46,411 nucleotides of DNA from a virus: the IMG/VR virus record IMGVR_UViG_3300045988_156631; one strand, given 5' to 3'. Numbering within the stretch: position 1 is the first letter of the stretch; each line of letters opens with the position of its first letter. The notes under the pieces are model-generated. The model was given only the letters and a program-made list of their open reading frames with translations. It did not search any database and was not told where the DNA came from. The translations under genes and the position numbers were made by a program. Positions 9,059-16,947 of the stretch are shown piece after piece.

Positions 9059-9189
9059 TGTGTTTATCACTATTTTTCTTATATCGACTGATATGTATTT
9101 GCGAACTAATGTTCCTTTTCAGTATACTATATCAGGGGATAGAGAACAAGTGTTTTTTTGTACTATAAGGACTTTTTTGAGCAGATATG

Positions 9190-9606
9190 CTAAGATGTGC
9201 AATTCATCTCACCACCTGAAGAGGTGGGAGAATTCTTGCTACATTTGTTAAAAAAATGATTTAATTCATACTTCGTCCAAAAAGCTACATACCAATCTAC
9301 CTGTTTCTCAATCTCATTCAAGTCTTCTTCTGAAAAATTCATTTTTGAAAAATTTTCTTCAAATTCTTCCGTCGAATGAACCTTGGCGTGTGTTTCTTCT
9401 GCGACGCAGCTTACATGTTTGAATGTTACCACAGCTTGCTGTTCAGTTAACTCTATGTTTCTTCCGGTCATGTACATTTCGTATGCTTCTTTCACACGAA
9501 GGTTGTTCTCACATTTTCCGCATATCCCTGTTCCAAAAGCATAATATTCTCCACGAACATAGTAAAGAAACGGATTTTTTTTGTTCAATTCATCTGTTAA
9601 TTTCAT
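9190..9606 (-). CDS. hypothetical protein
   Basis: Probable start MKLTDELNKKNPF... at 9606, after ggaggaaggaaaagg. The track ORF extends to 9645. Confidence 0.6.
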   Translation of the reverse strand: MKLTDELNKKNPFLYYVRGEYYAFGTGICGKCENNLRVKEAYEMYMTGRNIELTEQQAVVTFKHVSCVAEETHAKVHSTEEFEENFSKMNFSEEDLNEIEKQVDWYVAFWTKYELNHFFNKCSKNSPTSSGGEMNCTS

Positions 9607-9726
9607 ACCTTTTCCTTCCTCCGATACACATTTTTCTTTTATCATACTACAAAACGCCCTGCATTTCTACAGGGCGTTTCAAAAGTGTATGGGAGTAGTG
9701 TGATTTTCTCTCCGTCAAGGAGAACT

Positions 9727-9799
9727 CAGAACGCCCGGATTCGAACCGGCGGCTCACTTTACAGCGGCTTATGTTCCCTCCCGCTCGGAGAAGCGTTCC
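9727..9799 (-). tRNA. tRNA-like gene 1 (about 73 nt); anticodon not assignable by eye
   Basis: Minus-strand sequence: ggaacgcttctccgagcgggagggaacataagccgctgtaaagtgagccgccggttcgaatccgggcgttctg. There is a 7-bp acceptor stem (ggaacgc/gcgttct with G1:U72), a class-II-like D region ttctccgagcggg, and a T arm gccgg-ttcgaat-ccggg. No 5-bp anticodon stem can be drawn. Confidence 0.45.
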
Positions 9800-9923
9800 G
9801 TTGTGATGACACTTGAGGATCACTCCCACGGCGGCCATCGTGCCGTTACCAATTACCTTTACGAAAGGAAAGAAAGATGAAAACTTTTAGGAGTCCAGCA
9901 AAGCCGCTCCCTTGCCTTGCTGA

Positions 9924-9992
9924 TCGGAACAGAAGGACTCGAACCCCCGACTCGCTGTATGAAAGTTGCTCTACCAACTGAGCTATGTTCCG
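9924..9992 (-). tRNA. tRNA-like gene 2 (about 69 nt), CAU-type (Met/Ile2-like) loop with a shortened anticodon stem
   Basis: Minus-strand sequence: cggaacatagctcagttggtagagcaactttcatacagcgagtcgggggttcgagtccttctgttccga. It has a perfect 7-bp acceptor stem, a canonical D arm (gctc-agttggta-gagc) and a canonical T arm (ggggg-ttcgagt-ccttc). The region between them is 19 nt rather than the usual ~23. Confidence 0.55.
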
Positions 9993-10141
9993 AAGTCCAC
10001 CAGGCCGCGCACTTGGACTGATGGATATTTAGTTTTTGAAGAATCACGGTTCATGGCAATCCGCAATCAAAGCCGCCGCCCCGGTGGGCCTTTGGCTTCA
10101 TTTTTATTCTACATCGACCTTTACGACAAAAACGACCTTTT

Positions 10142-10561
10142 TCATGAAATCTTCTGTTCTTTTAAATACTTGTCACGAATATGCAATCGCACATAGTCCG
10201 GGTTCCCCGCATACTCTACTTTCATAGCAACCTGATCCCAGTTCATCCCCTCCGTATAATATGCTCTGAATACATTCCGGGTGCAAACATCCTCAATATC
10301 TTCAATCCACTTTTTTACTGCCTGGGCCTTTTCTTTTTTGTTCTGCAATGCCTGCTTTCTTCGATTGTACCGTTCCTGATCAAATCCTACTATCGTTTCC
10401 GGTTTCTTGGTTCCGTTCTTCCCATTCAAGATCACGGAATTTCCCAGGCCCTTTTCTGTCATCCACATTTCTCCCAGCTCACATTCTAAGAGAGGTATAT
10501 CTCTTTTCAACATTTTCCGGTACTCATCCAGGAGTTTTCTTGTGATTTTTATTTTTCCCAT
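10142..10561 (-). CDS. Putative late-gene transcriptional activator (sigma-70 region-4-like; ArpU/RinA-type position)
   Basis: MGKIKITRKLLDEYRKML...NVFRAYYTEGMNWDQVAMKVEYAGNPDYVRLHIRDKYL has a C-terminal HTH. It is the last early-region gene before the tRNA/terminase region. RBS is gaaggtgag. Confidence 0.55.
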   Translation of the reverse strand: MGKIKITRKLLDEYRKMLKRDIPLLECELGEMWMTEKGLGNSVILNGKNGTKKPETIVGFDQERYNRRKQALQNKKEKAQAVKKWIEDIEDVCTRNVFRAYYTEGMNWDQVAMKVEYAGNPDYVRLHIRDKYLKEQKIS

Positions 10562-10835
10562 CGGTCTCACCTTCCTTTCTCATCTGCCAGCTTCGCATAT
10601 GTAACTCCATTTCTTCGATTGTCTCATTTCTCCCTGTCTGTCGGCCATATTCATATGCCTTCCGTACTCTATTTTCCTGCTCCGGAATCATCCCTGTTTC
10701 TTCATACGCCGCCAATCTTTCAAGAATTTCTTTATTGATGCCACAATGTCCACATCTCTTTCCGTTACAGCGTGGTGGATCAAAATATCGTGAGCAATAC
10801 GCTCTGCCATTGATTCTTGTTGTTAATCTCTCCAT
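10524..10835 (-). CDS. hypothetical phage protein (Cys-rich N-terminus)
   Basis: 103-aa ORF containing CNGKRCGHCG and RLAAYEETGMIPEQ. It is packed tightly within the operon. Confidence 0.6.
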   Translation of the reverse strand: MERLTTRINGRAYCSRYFDPPRCNGKRCGHCGINKEILERLAAYEETGMIPEQENRVRKAYEYGRQTGRNETIEEMELHMRSWQMRKEGETDGKNKNHKKTPG

Positions 10836-10837
10836 TT

Positions 10838-11110
10838 TTACCCAGCCTCTGTCATCGCTTCATTCCACGGGCACTTCCCGTGATGCTCCACGCCCGTTAT
10901 CATCTCTTCTGCCTTGTGAAAACATGGCGTGATCATGTAGTCAAATATCGTTTCAAACTGGATGCAGTGTGGGTAAATCGCTATCACGGTAGCTTCTACA
11001 AAAACTCTGTTCTCCCGTTCCGTATCCGTCAATCCTTTGACATCAGGTAACTGCAGCATTACCTTGTCTCCTGTGGCTAAGCCCCGGATGGTTGTCTTAA
11101 TTTCACTCAT
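10838..11110 (-). CDS. hypothetical protein (90 aa)
   Basis: The likely start MSEIKTTIRG at 11110 overlaps the upstream stop as ATGA. The track ORF extends to 11137. Confidence 0.55.
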   Translation of the reverse strand: MSEIKTTIRGLATGDKVMLQLPDVKGLTDTERENRVFVEATVIAIYPHCIQFETIFDYMITPCFHKAEEMITGVEHHGKCPWNEAMTEAG

Positions 11111-11271
11111 TTTCTTCTCTCCTTCCAGCTCTTGCATTCCTTACATCTCACCTTGCTACTGCACATTACCCCGTTGATAATTGACAGTCTCGGGCACCCG
11201 GGCCGCACATATACGATCAGTTCGCCAACATTCCCGGTGCTGTGCTGGCAGGTTTTGTATTTCTCAGCCAT
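11107..11271 (-). CDS. small Cys-rich (zinc-ribbon-like) protein, 54 aa
   Basis: Own translation: MAEKYKTCQHSTGNVGELIVYVRPGCPRLSIINGVMCSSKVRCKECKSWKERRK. RBS is gaggtgag. The stop overlaps the next start. Confidence 0.5.
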   Translation of the reverse strand: MAEKYKTCQHSTGNVGELIVYVRPGCPRLSIINGVMCSSKVRCKECKSWKERRK

Positions 11272-11282
11272 TTTTTCTCACC

Positions 11283-12341
11283 TCATGCAAACTTGTACTG
11301 TCCATTTTCTTCTACACTCATTCTTTTCGCGCTGCATATTGGATTTCTTTCTGCAACGCACAGTTCCGGAAGATTTTCTCTGACCAGTGCCGCCGGAATT
11401 GGTGGGCATACTGCATTTCCACATCTTTTTACCTGTTCACTTCTTGGATATGCTCTTCCGGTATAATCATGATCGATTATATAATCATTCGGGAATCCCT
11501 GGCATCCGTACAACTCGCTCGGTTCCAACATTCTCAGCCCTATATCTGCAATCTGATATTCCGTCCCGTCAATTCTCACCAGGCCGAAACGGTCTTGAGC
11601 TGTTATTGTATCGAGAGGTTCTTTTACAGCCTGCCCTGTGCCCGCTCCATAATATTTGATTAAAAATGTCCGAACTTCTCCAAAATGACCGTCGCCAGCT
11701 GTAATGGTTGGTAATGGCTGACAAATATCTTTCCCGTCGCAATGATTATTCATCTGAATCAGATTTGCCGTCACTACGCTATTGTAATCCCATATTGATA
11801 AACTATCATTCAATACATAATATTTTTTGCCATCTGAGCCACATTCTTGGTAAAATGCTCTAATTCCATAATTGTCTGAAAGTTCGTGCAGTGCATAGGG
11901 CGTTGGATAGTAACAATATTCACTTTCTGTCCGGCATTGACAGCTATCCTCAATTACTCTACCAGAAGGAAGCGTAACTTTGATATTTCTGGATTCATTA
12001 CATTTGTCGCATTTTGGACCATACGCTAAAGCACGATTGATTTTCCATTTGATTATTCTGTGATCAGCAAGGATTTTTTCCAACTTATTGTTTCTCGCGT
12101 CATAATCAGCACGGAAAATAGCTCTATCATATTCTTCTTTCTTCCGCGCATAGTCTGCTTTTACTTCGTCAAAATGTTCCTTGACATCCTGAAGTTCTTC
12201 ATTCTCACGTTTCAAACGATTCATTTCGTCAAGAATCTCTCTTCTTACAGAGTTTCTAACGGCCTCTTCTAAAGCCTGGATTTCTTCTGCATACTTGTTT
12301 GTGTAAAATTCTTCATCGTCTAAGAAATACATACCACTCAC
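11283..12341 (-). CDS. Chimeric protein: coiled-coil/Cys-rich N-terminal half fused to the C-terminal half (TRD plus motifs IX-X) of a C5 cytosine DNA methyltransferase
   Basis: The C-terminal part reads PLPTITAGDGHFGEV...LDTITAQDRFGLV...RMLEPSELYGCQGFPNDYII...KRCGNAVCPPIPAAL, which gives the QGFP..Y and GNAV.PP motifs. No FxGxG, PCQ or ENV motif is present anywhere in the ORF. Confidence 0.7.
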   Translation of the reverse strand: MSGMYFLDDEEFYTNKYAEEIQALEEAVRNSVRREILDEMNRLKRENEELQDVKEHFDEVKADYARKKEEYDRAIFRADYDARNNKLEKILADHRIIKWKINRALAYGPKCDKCNESRNIKVTLPSGRVIEDSCQCRTESEYCYYPTPYALHELSDNYGIRAFYQECGSDGKKYYVLNDSLSIWDYNSVVTANLIQMNNHCDGKDICQPLPTITAGDGHFGEVRTFLIKYYGAGTGQAVKEPLDTITAQDRFGLVRIDGTEYQIADIGLRMLEPSELYGCQGFPNDYIIDHDYTGRAYPRSEQVKRCGNAVCPPIPAALVRENLPELCVAERNPICSAKRMSVEENGQYKFA

Positions 12342-12348
12342 CCTTTCT

Positions 12349-12726
12349 TCATGATTTTTCTTTCAATACCGGCGATACCCAAAAAATTCCCCGTTCTTTC
12401 TCCAGCCATTTGAGGACGCTGTTTGCATCCTGGAATCCATTCAGAAACCGTTGTCCCATCCTTACTGGAATAATTCCCAGAAGTATCATTCTTGTGACAT
12501 CCCATTTTTTACACATGTTATACAGACTGTGCTTGTTCTTCGTATTCTGAGAAACACGGCCTTTGGGTTTCACAGGAACCTTTCTCACCGCTTTTCTCTC
12601 TTTCAAGATTTCCTCCAAACGCTTCTGGGAAATGCTGTATCTTTCGTAAATGGTTCTTTTCACTTCTCCATTCTCATACGCTCGACAGATCTCTCTGATC
12701 TGCTGCTTATTCAATACTGTTTTCAT
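12349..12726 (-). CDS. hypothetical protein with N-terminal HTH-like segment
   Basis: 125 aa, MKTVLNKQQIREICRAYENGEVKRTIYERYSISQKRLEEIL... Confidence 0.55.
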   Translation of the reverse strand: MKTVLNKQQIREICRAYENGEVKRTIYERYSISQKRLEEILKERKAVRKVPVKPKGRVSQNTKNKHSLYNMCKKWDVTRMILLGIIPVRMGQRFLNGFQDANSVLKWLEKERGIFWVSPVLKEKS

Positions 12727-12753
12727 CTTCCTTCCTCCTCCCGGTCCGCTACA

Positions 12754-13677
12754 TCACACCTGCAGCAGGTCTTTCTCCAGCTTTTCAAAGTCATACTCAC
12801 GCTGGTCAAAATTATTAAAGCGGTTCTGGGCTGCCTTGTTCTGTTTACTGCCCACACGGGGAGCTCTGTCCTGCTCCCTTGCTATCCAGCCCGTAATAAA
12901 CCTTTTCATCCCTTTCGGGGTCTTGCGGTTCTTTGGGTTGGAATCCAACCATCCCCACATATTGCGAAGTTCCTGTTCCACATCAACTGCGGGATACAAT
13001 TCCTTCAGCTTCTGGACATAATCCTTAGTCACCAGATAATCAGTCCCGTCGTTCATGGGAAGTTTTATAAACACATCCGCCTGAGCCGGCCCTATCTCCA
13101 CCTTCAGCTCAGCCTGTGAACAGGATGGCCCTATCTCCACCTTCGTCCTGCTCTCCGCAGCTGGCCCTGTCTCCACCTTCGGCTGCGGCTGTCCGGAGTT
13201 CATCTCCGGGCAGATGTATTTATTATCTTTCTCTTTATCTATCTCTATCTCTTTCTCTATCTCTACGTCACCTATGTGTAACTGTCCTGTCACATCAGTG
13301 TCACATTGTGACGTTTTTTTATCTCTAAGCCTCCTCATCCTCTCAGCACCTGTACTCTCTGAACCAGTCATTTTTGAACATTCCGTCAATGAATATTCCG
13401 TTTCATCAACCAGCTGCATAAGATTCTGTTGGATCAAAAACATCACCGTTACCCGCACATTTTCAGCTTCTTCATCCAGATCAAGAGCCAGCTCTTCATA
13501 GAACGTATCCTCAACACCTTCAAAGTAAAGCTTCCCATCCTGTTTCATTGCCGCAAGAAGCATTTTCAGATAAATAATAGTGTAGGTATCACCTCCAGCA
13601 ATTTTTCTAAGCTTTTTGATAGCTTTCTGGCGAAAAAATCCGTCAGGGAGCTTCAACCAGTAATATCTTTTCGCCAT
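12754..13677 (-). CDS. Phage replisome organizer (Phage_rep_org_N-like)
   Basis: MAKRYYWLKLPDGFFRQKAIKKLRKIAGGDTYTIIYLKMLL... is the typical N-terminus. The C-terminus is a DnaD-like tail (RFNNFDQREYDFEKLEKDLL). Confidence 0.8.
   Translation of the reverse strand: MAKRYYWLKLPDGFFRQKAIKKLRKIAGGDTYTIIYLKMLLAAMKQDGKLYFEGVEDTFYEELALDLDEEAENVRVTVMFLIQQNLMQLVDETEYSLTECSKMTGSESTGAERMRRLRDKKTSQCDTDVTGQLHIGDVEIEKEIEIDKEKDNKYICPEMNSGQPQPKVETGPAAESRTKVEIGPSCSQAELKVEIGPAQADVFIKLPMNDGTDYLVTKDYVQKLKELYPAVDVEQELRNMWGWLDSNPKNRKTPKGMKRFITGWIAREQDRAPRVGSKQNKAAQNRFNNFDQREYDFEKLEKDLLQV
13088..13180. repeat. Three direct 18-nt iterons ggccct(a/g)tctccaccttc inside the replisome-organizer gene (candidate origin)
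   Basis: Copies at 13088..13105, 13127..13144 and 13163..13180. They encode the repeated KVE(I/T)GP peptide and are followed by a tc/ta-rich low-complexity tract at 13225..13265. Confidence 0.6.
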
Positions 13678-14015
13678 AACCTTTCCTCTTCACTCATAGC
13701 CTCTTTCTTCCACATCTCATACGTGGTCTCCATTGTGCTGATCTTCTTCTCCAGCTCCTTCACCCGGGATTTTTCTTTCGCCATGTATTCATGAAAGTAA
13801 TACTCATCCACCACACTCCCGGGGATCGGCCGGAAATAGCCGTCTCCGGCGTTGATGATGCAGTCCCCGTTCCGGTTTGCTTTTTCGACCAGCTCCCGAA
13901 GGGCTCTGTCTATTGTTGAATTGTTCTTATCGATCACACTGGGCCGCCCTACGGCATTTCCAGCTCCGCTGGTGATCCTGTCAAAAATGGTCTGTGCCAT
14001 GTCTGCTGCTGTCAT
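13653..14015 (-). CDS. hypothetical protein
   Basis: The likely start MTAADMAQTIFDRI follows ggaaggagtgacagg. The track ORF extends to 14084. Confidence 0.55.
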   Translation of the reverse strand: MTAADMAQTIFDRITSGAGNAVGRPSVIDKNNSTIDRALRELVEKANRNGDCIINAGDGYFRPIPGSVVDEYYFHEYMAKEKSRVKELEKKISTMETTYEMWKKEAMSEEERLWRKDITG

Positions 14016-14070
14016 CCTGTCACTCCTTCCCGCCCCCCGGCCAGCTTGAGGGGCTTTTGTGTGTGATATA

Positions 14071-14742
14071 TTATTCAGATGCATTTGTCTGCTGGCTCAC
14101 CTGGAGGTCTTCATCCGGCACTTTGATGCCGTAGACCTTGTACATTTCCTCAAATTCCTTCATGCCCCGCTGGTGGGCTATCGTGTGATGGTATCGGCAC
14201 AGGCACATCTTTCTCAGATCACCGTCATCAACCGTCCGCCGGTCCCTTCCCATCCCGATCGCATCAACGTGATGTATCTCTCCTGGCTTCCCACACACGC
14301 AGCACTTTCTTTTCATCAGACAGAAATACAGGTACTTCCCGATATCATCCGTCCGGTTCGCTGCGTAATCAGAAAGGGGAACGCCGTTTTCCAGGGCATA
14401 TTCCAGAATGGTATTGATGAACTCCCTGGCCGTGTCCATGGAACAGTCAGAAAGTGAAAAATACTCGCAGCCTGTCTTGGCGATATGCAGATATTTCAGC
14501 CATTCTTTCTGAACCTCCGGGAGGTAACCGGTATAGTCGGAAATGTCCCGGATTGTCGCATAGGCTTTCTTTCTCTGCTCAATTGATATGTACCGGCCAT
14601 CATCTATCCGGAGTTCCCCGCTTCTGATCTTTTTTCTGACCAGAAGCTCCCCGATCTGGAGCTTTGGAAGGTCAATCACCAGTGTGGTTCCCTCCGGGCC
14701 CTCTTTATACTTTTGGATATTCACCAACGTATGCATGTCCAT
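14071..14742 (-). CDS. HNH-family nuclease-like protein
   Basis: The C-terminus CCVCGKPGEIHHVDAIGMGRDRR...CLCRYHHTIAHQ has a CxxC...HH...CxxHH pattern. Located in the recombination module. Confidence 0.65.
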   Translation of the reverse strand: MDMHTLVNIQKYKEGPEGTTLVIDLPKLQIGELLVRKKIRSGELRIDDGRYISIEQRKKAYATIRDISDYTGYLPEVQKEWLKYLHIAKTGCEYFSLSDCSMDTAREFINTILEYALENGVPLSDYAANRTDDIGKYLYFCLMKRKCCVCGKPGEIHHVDAIGMGRDRRTVDDGDLRKMCLCRYHHTIAHQRGMKEFEEMYKVYGIKVPDEDLQVSQQTNASE

Positions 14743-14750
14743 CCGCCTCC

Positions 14751-15572
14751 TTAATTCCAGGGAAGCTCGCTGTCAACACTGTCCGGTATCTCCTGTTTCA
14801 TGTCCGACGGTGCGGGCTCTGGAAGGCTCTGCCGCTGTTTCAAGTAGCTGATCCATCTTTTATACAGGCTTAACGGGACAGCTTCAATGCTGCTGATATT
14901 CTTCTGCTTCAGTGCTCTATCCAGGTTCATTCCCGTTCTTTTCGCTTCTGCCAAAAGGTGCTGCTGCTCTTTCTTGTTTATCAATCGGTCAGCGGTCTGT
15001 TCCTGGGGCTTGGGCTGTTTTGGAGAGTCTTCCTGCTTTTCCTCCTCTGGTCCAGAAAACTGATATGCAATCATACCTGATTTTGCATTCTTAATGACCA
15101 ACAGACTGATTCGTCCATTTTCATCATAATCAAGTTCGGAGACTTCAAAACGGTCATAGCAGATATACTTTCCATTACCAGCCGGCTTTATCTCACATAT
15201 TTTTTGGTTGGGATCCGGATAAATCCAGATAAATGGCGCAGTATACAATTCCCGTCCGATTCCCCAGTTAAAGCAAGCTCGTTTAAAGGAATCAGAAGCC
15301 AGTCCCTTTTCCTTCTCCGTATAACTTTCTTTTCCGGTATCTTCCTTTGATACCCAGATCTTCCGGTCATCATCCCAGATGGAAACGGTACAGTTCGCAT
15401 TATCCCGGCTGTGGAACCTCTGCCAGTTCATCGGCCCCACAACCTCATCCAGTATGTTCATGTCGCACCGGGCATCCTTATAGAGCAGGAGCGATATTTT
15501 ATTGCCTTTTACTACGGAAATCCTACACTCTACTTCATCTGCCCGGAGTTTCCGGAACTTCAAAGGCTTCAT
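14751..15572 (-). CDS. Rad52/Sak-type single-strand annealing protein
   Basis: Contains ...GLASDSFKRACFNWGIGRELYTAPFIW..., the Rad52/22 family signature. Confidence 0.8.
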   Translation of the reverse strand: MKPLKFRKLRADEVECRISVVKGNKISLLLYKDARCDMNILDEVVGPMNWQRFHSRDNANCTVSIWDDDRKIWVSKEDTGKESYTEKEKGLASDSFKRACFNWGIGRELYTAPFIWIYPDPNQKICEIKPAGNGKYICYDRFEVSELDYDENGRISLLVIKNAKSGMIAYQFSGPEEEKQEDSPKQPKPQEQTADRLINKKEQQHLLAEAKRTGMNLDRALKQKNISSIEAVPLSLYKRWISYLKQRQSLPEPAPSDMKQEIPDSVDSELPWN

Positions 15573-16057
15573 TTAATCACCAGGCTTTCCGTCTGCTTGA
15601 GAGAAGCAATCCCAACGAATTTCTCTGGATCTTCTTTTACTGCTTTCAGCAGTGCCACCCGGTCTACCGTTTTTGAAATGACCAGGAACTCTTCCGGAAC
15701 TGCCAGGGAGTCCACGTTGTCCAGGGATGGTGCATTCTTTCTGATAGAAAAACTGTGAAAGTCTGTCTTAAACTTCTTTTTGTCTGCCGTTATCATCGCA
15801 CGCTGCAGGGCTTTCTTCATGTAATCAATGTTGTTCTTTTTCGTTCTTTTCATCTCAGTCAGACGTGTGATCTCTTTATCAATCGTGTCAACCTGTCCGG
15901 CCAGTGTGTCCATGATGGCCGCATAAGCCTCCGCTTTCTGCTCAAACTCATAATCTACGCACTCCAGTGTATCTTTCATGACCTGCGGATCAATGTTCCC
16001 TTCCTCTGCCATTTCAAATAAAACGCTATACTGTCCTGTTAATTCTCTTAATGTCAT
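15569..16057 (-). CDS. Siphovirus Gp157-like protein
   Basis: 162 aa, MTLRELTGQYSVLFEMAEEG...VDYEFEQKAEAYAAIM...; coiled-coil. Sits upstream of the annealase, as in Gp157/Sak modules. Confidence 0.7.
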   Translation of the reverse strand: MTLRELTGQYSVLFEMAEEGNIDPQVMKDTLECVDYEFEQKAEAYAAIMDTLAGQVDTIDKEITRLTEMKRTKKNNIDYMKKALQRAMITADKKKFKTDFHSFSIRKNAPSLDNVDSLAVPEEFLVISKTVDRVALLKAVKEDPEKFVGIASLKQTESLVIK

Positions 16058-16176
16058 CTTGACTTTCCTCCTTGTTCGTGTCAGAATGTAATTGAATATT
16101 TATTGCTATGTGCCCCTTTGGAGTTGCCGCTCCAGGGGCATTTTTCATTTCTTCCGGTGTCGCATCCCGGACAAAT

Positions 16177-16338
16177 TCAGCCCAGATCATCCAGCCACCT
16201 CCCGACAGCTTCCTGCACTCGCGGGATGAGAGCGATTATTTCCTCATACACGCTCTTGCACTCCGGATCCAAGGCATCCAGGGTTCTTGATCGTTCGCCA
16301 AGTTCGCGAATCCTGCATTCTGCTTCTTTATCTGTCAT
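16177..16338 (-). CDS. small hypothetical protein (53 aa)
   Basis: Own translation: MTDKEAECRIRELGERSRTLDALDPECKSVYEEIIALIPRVQEAVGRWLDDLG. RBS is aaggaggcagg. Overlaps the upstream stop. Confidence 0.45.
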   Translation of the reverse strand: MTDKEAECRIRELGERSRTLDALDPECKSVYEEIIALIPRVQEAVGRWLDDLG

Positions 16339-16531
16339 GCTCCTGCCTCCTTACTCTGACCAGATACCGGATGTAATCCCATGTATCCAGAGCCAGCAAT
16401 TTCAAAAAGACGAACAGCAGAACCGTCCCAGCTACCCGGTACCCTGCACTTGCATCTCCCTGCGTCGATGCCAAGGCTGCTGCCGTGACCGATACAAGTG
16501 TTGTCACGGCATTTCTCATCATATTTTCCAT
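16328..16531 (-). CDS. small membrane protein (67 aa)
   Basis: Two hydrophobic segments: AVTTLVSVTAAALAS and VAGTVLLFVFLKLLAL. Confidence 0.5.
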   Translation of the reverse strand: MENMMRNAVTTLVSVTAAALASTQGDASAGYRVAGTVLLFVFLKLLALDTWDYIRYLVRVRRQEHDR

Positions 16532-16553
16532 GCTTGTCCTCCCTACTCCGCCC

Positions 16554-16730
16554 TCAGGCGGTTTTTACTTTTGTGGTTGGCGTTACATCAAAGCCAATGT
16601 TCCCTCCGGCTCGGATCATAACCTCTTCTACCATCCTGTGCACTACTTCTGGCGGAACATTCTCCTGCCGGACCCATTCGCCATTGATTTTCAGATTACT
16701 TATAATCGTAGGCTTTTTCGTGATTCTCAC
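16554..16730 (-). CDS. small hypothetical protein (about 58 aa; start codon uncertain)
   Basis: The open frame reads ...TKKPTIISNLKINGEWVRQENVPPEVVHRMVEEVMIRAGGNIGFDVTPTTKVKTA after aggaggtg. Only GTG or non-ATG starts are available. Confidence 0.35.
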   Translation of the reverse strand: MRITKKPTIISNLKINGEWVRQENVPPEVVHRMVEEVMIRAGGNIGFDVTPTTKVKTA

Positions 16731-16874
16731 CTCCTGGTTTAAGGTATGTGCTTTACAGATTACCGGTTACTATTTATTACTTCGTTTTACTTCGTACTGC
16801 GTTTATCCACCACGTTTCACTCTATATATTGTATTTTTAAAAAGTTTAAATCACTATATATAGTAATTTTCATG

Positions 16875-16903
16875 TTGACATTTAAAGATTTTAGCGGTAC
16901 TAT
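16875..16903 (+). promoter_or_regulatory. Near-consensus sigma-70-type promoter for the plus-strand 82-aa gene
   Basis: TTGACA (16875..16880), 17-nt spacer, TACTAT (16898..16903). Followed by RBS aaggagg and the ATG at 16948. Confidence 0.55.
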
Positions 16904-16947
16904 AGGGGCCACAGCGCGTTGTACATTTTTAAGAAAGGAGGCATCCC

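Larger units (their letters stand above)
7430..9185 (-). mobile_element. IS200/IS605-family element B (decayed tnpA + intact tnpB). Boundaries approximate.
   Basis: Inserted between the phage gene ending at 9190 and the terminator/terS start. The gene pair 8756..9058 and 7620..8717 has the typical arrangement. Confidence 0.6.

Noticed and set aside
9647-10047. Track ORFs 9647..9838 and 9859..10047 (minus) and 9966..10196 (plus)
   Set aside because: They overlap the tRNA-like genes and the hairpin-rich spacer. No RBS.
12451-13119. 222-aa plus-strand ORF opposite the replisome organizer, with similar shadow ORFs across 10.1-16.7 kb
   Set aside because: Antisense to coherent, tightly packed minus-strand operon genes. 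No start signals.
16548-16572. Hairpin ccgcc-ctca-ggcgg followed by a plus-strand T-run, as a possible terminator
   Set aside because: It sits at a junction of two minus-strand genes, with no plus-strand gene upstream to terminate. It may only dampen antisense transcription. There is not enough evidence to call it.
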